From Verrucomicrobiota bacterium (lineage in GTDB: Bacteria; Verrucomicrobiota; Verrucomicrobiia; Limisphaerales; CANJSG01), in assembly GCA_038203875.1 (NCBI GenBank), contig JBBRDN010000003.1, positions 1 through 63,693 of the forward strand: 63,693 nt of DNA. Reading direction: 5' to 3'. The notes under the pieces were generated by a model. It saw only the letters and a list, made by a program, of their open reading frames with translations. It was not told the origin of the DNA and made no database searches. Positions 60,497-63,693 of the stretch are shown in pieces. The first letter of the stretch is position 1; the number at the start of each line of letters is the position of its first letter. Made by a program: the position numbers and the translations under genes.

Positions 60497-61053
60497 AGCT
60501 GCTCGGCAAAGGACCCAGGGCGGTCTCCCTTTCGATCAGCACGATGGACCGTCGGCTCATCGACGCGGTGCTGTCATCGTTCGAGCAGCTTCCCCGGAGT
60601 AACGGCACTCTCTCGATTTCGGGCGAGTTTGCCGAAGCCGAGAAGGAGCTCCTCCACGCGGCCCTGCGCGAACAGCGGGTCGACCAGTGGAAGTGGTTCA
60701 CGGAACTCGGCGCGGCCAAGGGGACCTGGACCCGCCACGGCCGGAACTGGAAACTGACCCTTCCTCCGGACCGGATGGAGTCGTTGCTCCAGATGTTGAA
60801 CGACGTCCGGGTCTCATCCTGGAAAATCCTCGGATGCCCCGCCGATCTGCCGCGCGGGCCCTATGCTCCGGACACGGTCGACGGAGTCGCCGGGTGGCTC
60901 CTGCTGACGACGGGGTATCTCCAGTCGCATCTGCTCCAAGCACTGGAGAGCGCCGCTCCGGTGCGGAAACCACGGAGGAAGGCGAAGGCCGCGCCGGCAA
61001 AGCCGGCGAAGAAATCTCCCACCAAGAAGCCGAAACGCCCTAAGCGGGATTGA
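60493..61053 (+). CDS. Hypothetical protein between clpS and aat, with a Lys/Pro/Ala-rich basic tail
   Basis: The ATG overlaps the clpS stop (ATGA at 60493-60496), and its own stop lies 3 nt before the aat ATG. 186 aa. The tail is PVRKPRRKAKAAPAKPAKKSPTKKPKRPKRD. No family recognised. Confidence 0.65.
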   Translation: MKLLGKGPRAVSLSISTMDRRLIDAVLSSFEQLPRSNGTLSISGEFAEAEKELLHAALREQRVDQWKWFTELGAAKGTWTRHGRNWKLTLPPDRMESLLQMLNDVRVSSWKILGCPADLPRGPYAPDTVDGVAGWLLLTTGYLQSHLLQALESAAPVRKPRRKAKAAPAKPAKKSPTKKPKRPKRD

Positions 61054-61056
61054 GCG

Positions 61057-61719
61057 ATGCGTCCGGTCCAGCTCGACGGCCGTCTGCAGTTCCCTGATCC
61101 CAGAAAGTTTGCCGCAGGATGGTTCACGGAGACCCCTGTCGCCGTAGGCGGGGACTTTTCCGTCGAACGCCTGATGCTGGCCTACCGCAACGGACTCTTT
61201 CCCTGGACCGCCAATCCGATCAGCTGGTGGTCGCCGGAACCGCGCGGCGTCATTTTTCCCGGGGAGTTCCACATCTCCCGCAGCCTGGCGCGCACGCTTC
61301 GGCAGAAGCCCTACACCGTCACGGTTGATCGCGCCTTCGAACAGGTGACGGCGGGTTGCGCCCACGCCCCAAGACCCGGGCGCTGGATCACGCCGGAGTT
61401 CATCGGGGCCTACGTTCAGCTTCACCGCGTCGGTTACGCGCACAGCGTCGAGTGTTGGCGGGGCGACGAACTGATCGGCGGCATCTACGGCGTAGCGGTG
61501 GGAGGCGTCTTCTGCGGCGAGTCCATGTTCCACACCGCGGACAACGCGTCGAAGGTCGCCCTCGTCAGCTTGATGGATCTGCTGGTCGCGAAGGGGTTCG
61601 TGCTCCTCGACACGCAGATGGTGACGGACACGACGCTTCAGTTCGGCGCTTCAGAAATCCCACGGTCCGAATACCTGACCATTCTCGACGCGGTGAAAGA
61701 CCACCGCGCCGATTGGTAG
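61057..61719 (+). CDS. aat: Leucyl/phenylalanyl-tRNA--protein transferase
   Basis: Blocks AYRNGLFPW, WWSPEPRGV, GRWITPEF and GGVFCGESMFH, followed by VALVSLMDLL..GFVLLDTQ. Confidence 0.92.
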   Translation: MRPVQLDGRLQFPDPRKFAAGWFTETPVAVGGDFSVERLMLAYRNGLFPWTANPISWWSPEPRGVIFPGEFHISRSLARTLRQKPYTVTVDRAFEQVTAGCAHAPRPGRWITPEFIGAYVQLHRVGYAHSVECWRGDELIGGIYGVAVGGVFCGESMFHTADNASKVALVSLMDLLVAKGFVLLDTQMVTDTTLQFGASEIPRSEYLTILDAVKDHRADW

Positions 61720-61746
61720 GCGAAGACTCTGGCGAAGAAAAGATCG

Positions 61747-61802
61747 GGTGGGCCGAATCGCGCTGCGCCTTGGCGCCCAGCCGCAGCGCGGCTGGCCCCA
61801 CC
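61747..61802 (+). terminator. Long compound GC-rich hairpin downstream of aat (possible terminator)
   Basis: Outer stem GGTGGG..CC / GG..CCCACC and inner stem GCGCTGCG / CGCAGCGC. Followed by ATTTCGTGCGTT, a weak U-tract. Confidence 0.4.
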
Positions 61803-61876
61803 ATTTCGTGCGTTCAAGATCGCCGCTGTGAATAGCTCCGCCTTGCCTCTTGCGGCAGCGTTCCTATGTTGCCGCC

Positions 61877-62521
61877 ATGAGACGATTCCTTGGCGCGATG
61901 GCAGTGTCGGCGAGTTTGGCGGGAGGCCTGTGGGCGGCGGATCCGACGGTCACGGCGGACATCGACCAGTTGAAGGCCGACGTCGAACGCCTGATGGCGA
62001 CCAACCTCGAACAGCAGAAGCGCATCACCGAACTCACCCGCCAGCTCCAGACCGTGCGCGAAGAGGCCAACCGCCAGAAAAGCGATCCCGCCGTGGGCAC
62101 CTTGTCGGAGCAGGTCCGCAAGCTCTCCGACAAAATCGAGGAGGTGGACCGCAAACGCATCGGCGACGCCGGCATCGTGAAGGAGCAGTTCGAGAAGCTC
62201 GCCAAACTCATCGCCTCCACTCCGACGGCACCTGCCGCGACGTCGCGTCATGCCGAAGGCGGTTCAACGAAGAAGCCGATCGCCGAGGGGGATGAGCCCA
62301 AAACCCCTCCTCGTTCTCCGGCCAACATTCCGGACAAGGGATACGAGTGTGTCGTGGAGGACAAGGATACCGTTTCCGGCATCATCTCGCGCTACAACAC
62401 CGAGTTCAAAAAACAGGGCAAGAAGGGCGTTTCCCTCCAGCAAGTGCTCGACGCGAACCCGGGCCTGGTTCCCGCAAAGCTGAAGGTCGGTCAGAAGATC
62501 TTCATCCCGATGCCCCAGTGA
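61877..62521 (+). CDS. Secreted coiled-coil protein with C-terminal LysM domain
   Basis: ATG at 61877 gives the signal MRRFLGAMAVSASLAGGLWA. A heptad-like segment is followed by the LysM motif YECVVEDKDTVSGIISRY..LQQVLDANPGL..LKVGQKIFIP. Confidence 0.75.
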   Translation: MRRFLGAMAVSASLAGGLWAADPTVTADIDQLKADVERLMATNLEQQKRITELTRQLQTVREEANRQKSDPAVGTLSEQVRKLSDKIEEVDRKRIGDAGIVKEQFEKLAKLIASTPTAPAATSRHAEGGSTKKPIAEGDEPKTPPRSPANIPDKGYECVVEDKDTVSGIISRYNTEFKKQGKKGVSLQQVLDANPGLVPAKLKVGQKIFIPMPQ

Positions 62522-62543
62522 TCGGACGAGAGAGATCCACGCC

Positions 62544-62927
62544 ATGAACGTGCAATCCTTAGTCCGAAAGACGCACCTCTACCTCGGCGTGTTCTTCACC
62601 CCCATCCTTGTCTTCTTCGTGGTGAGCGGTTGGTATCAGACGATGAACCCGGACCGACGCAAGACGCCGCAGGACGCGGAGGCGGTCTTCGACCGGATGC
62701 GTTTCGTGCACGCCGAATCGCTCCTGCCCAGCCAAACGGCGACGGGATACTCCACGAAGACTTTCCGGTGGTTCGTGGCGGGCGCATCTCTGGCATTGCT
62801 TTTGACGACCCTTCTCGGGCTATATCTGGCCATCCGCCACACCCGCCGTCCCTGGCCAGTCGCGCTCTGCCTCGCCCTCGGCATCGCGCTCCCGCTGGTG
62901 ATCCTGTGGCTGGGCCAGAAAAGTTAG
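62544..62927 (+). CDS. Hypothetical membrane protein (PepSY-TM-like helices)
   Basis: 127 aa with three TM helices. The N-terminal KTHLYLGVFFTPILVFFVVSGWYQ resembles PepSY-associated TM helices. Confidence 0.6.
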   Translation: MNVQSLVRKTHLYLGVFFTPILVFFVVSGWYQTMNPDRRKTPQDAEAVFDRMRFVHAESLLPSQTATGYSTKTFRWFVAGASLALLLTTLLGLYLAIRHTRRPWPVALCLALGIALPLVILWLGQKS

Positions 62928-63005
62928 CCGTAGAAACCCGAACACACCCAAACCGACAATAACCCGGCGTCGACGCCGCCTGCCCGGCGTGTCGCCCCCG
63001 AAGTT

Positions 63006-63395
63006 ATGCATCCCCTCCTGCAAATCGGCGCCATTTCGTTTGTGGCGACCGTCATGGTGGTCCTAGCCGTCTACCGCACCACCTACCGCGTCACGGAGAC
63101 CCATCTCCAGATCCGCATCTTCGGAATTCCCATCCGAAGAATCGCGTTGGCGCGCATCCGTCGCTACGTCCGCCAGCGCGACTTTTTCTGCGAACTCTGG
63201 GTCAACCGCCTGATGCCCGGCCGCCGAACGCTCATCATCGAACTGAAGGACGGCCTGTTCCGCCATGTCGTGATCTCACCGCGACTGCCCTACGTGTTCC
63301 GCCACGAACTCTCCGACGCTCGCCGCGCCATGAAAGCGCCTCCGGTCGAAGATCTGGACGAAACACCGTCCGCCCCGATTCCCCAACCGCACTAA
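63006..63395 (+). CDS. Hypothetical membrane-anchored protein (possible bacterial PH-like domain)
   Basis: One N-terminal TM helix, then YRVTETHLQIRIFGIPIRRIALARIRRY. Followed by a strong terminator. Confidence 0.55.
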   Translation: MHPLLQIGAISFVATVMVVLAVYRTTYRVTETHLQIRIFGIPIRRIALARIRRYVRQRDFFCELWVNRLMPGRRTLIIELKDGLFRHVVISPRLPYVFRHELSDARRAMKAPPVEDLDETPSAPIPQPH

Positions 63396-63415
63396 GTCCC
63401 AAGCCTCAAACGGAG

Positions 63416-63453
63416 CCGCCCGTCCGATCGCTCGGACGGGCGGTTTTCCTTTC
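63416..63453 (+). terminator. Rho-independent terminator
   Basis: Perfect 12-bp stem CCGCCCGTCCGA / TCGGACGGGCGG (63416-63443) with a 4-nt loop, then TTTTCCTTTC. Confidence 0.8.
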
Positions 63454-63477
63454 TGGAAGTCTCGGCTACCTACCCGA

Positions 63478-63693
63478 TCAGTTCGCCGGGCGAATCGTCA
63501 CGATGCGGCCCTTCGACATGCGCTTGATGGACAGGCGAAGTTCGCCGCCGGCCATGGTCAACTTCTCGAAATCCTTCACCGACGACACGGGCTGGTCGTT
63601 GATGTGCGTGATGAGTTCATACGGCTTCAATCCGGAGATCGAGGCGCGGCTGCCGGCTTCGAGCTTGGCGATGACCACGCCCGGTTCGTCGTC
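63478..63693 (-). CDS. C-terminal PDZ domain of a protein continuing beyond the window (partial)
   Basis: The frame is open to the window edge. ..VVIAKLEAGSRASISGLKPYELITHINDQPVSSVKDFEKL..GELRLSIKR is PDZ-like. Confidence 0.7.
   Translation of the reverse strand, partial: DDEPGVVIAKLEAGSRASISGLKPYELITHINDQPVSSVKDFEKLTMAGGELRLSIKRMSKGRIVTIRPAN

Overview
High-GC bacterial chromosomal window (spot counts about 60-65% GC). It is tightly packed with about 50 protein-coding genes, many with ATGA, GTGA or TGATG start/stop overlaps. By eye I found no rRNA, tRNA, CRISPR array, transposase or integrase. The gene content points to a PVC-group organism, probably Verrucomicrobiota (inference only): a 600-aa GreA, a DUF58/BatA-VWA/DUF4175-like module, giant secreted proteins with Ig-like domains, and a PL11 lyase.

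Main blocks, left to right:
- cupin-type anti-sigma factor, then a PL11 rhamnogalacturonan lyase
- 1248-aa Asp-box-like propeller plus Ig-like protein
- comM/yifB, then DASS and SSS transporters
- TlpA-like protein and folK
- six-gene heavy-metal RND efflux operon (two small Cys-rich proteins, a TolC-like protein, an HMBD-adaptor-DUF3347 fusion, CusA/CzcA)
- a roughly 0.7 kb lower-GC islet with zinc-ribbon ORFs
- outer-membrane barrel, long GreA, rsmB
- two tandem OppA-like lipoproteins
- DUF58, BatA/VWA and a 1301-aa Q/G/K-rich membrane protein, with no adjacent MoxR
- rlmI, rnd, and an rluB-like / SH3 / folD operon
- 1755-aa S8 peptidase with three P-domains, then secA
- DUF1643, DUF2851, HtrA
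- an ECF sigma/anti-sigma pair
- a clpS / unknown / aat operon
- LysM protein and small membrane proteins.

Most worth follow-up:
- the uncharacterised gene translationally coupled between clpS and aat
- the MoxR-less Bat-like module
- the lower-GC zinc-ribbon islet
- a C-terminal module shared by the two giant secreted proteins
- several structured non-coding elements.

All family assignments come from reading motifs by eye and from memory of the families. No searches were run.
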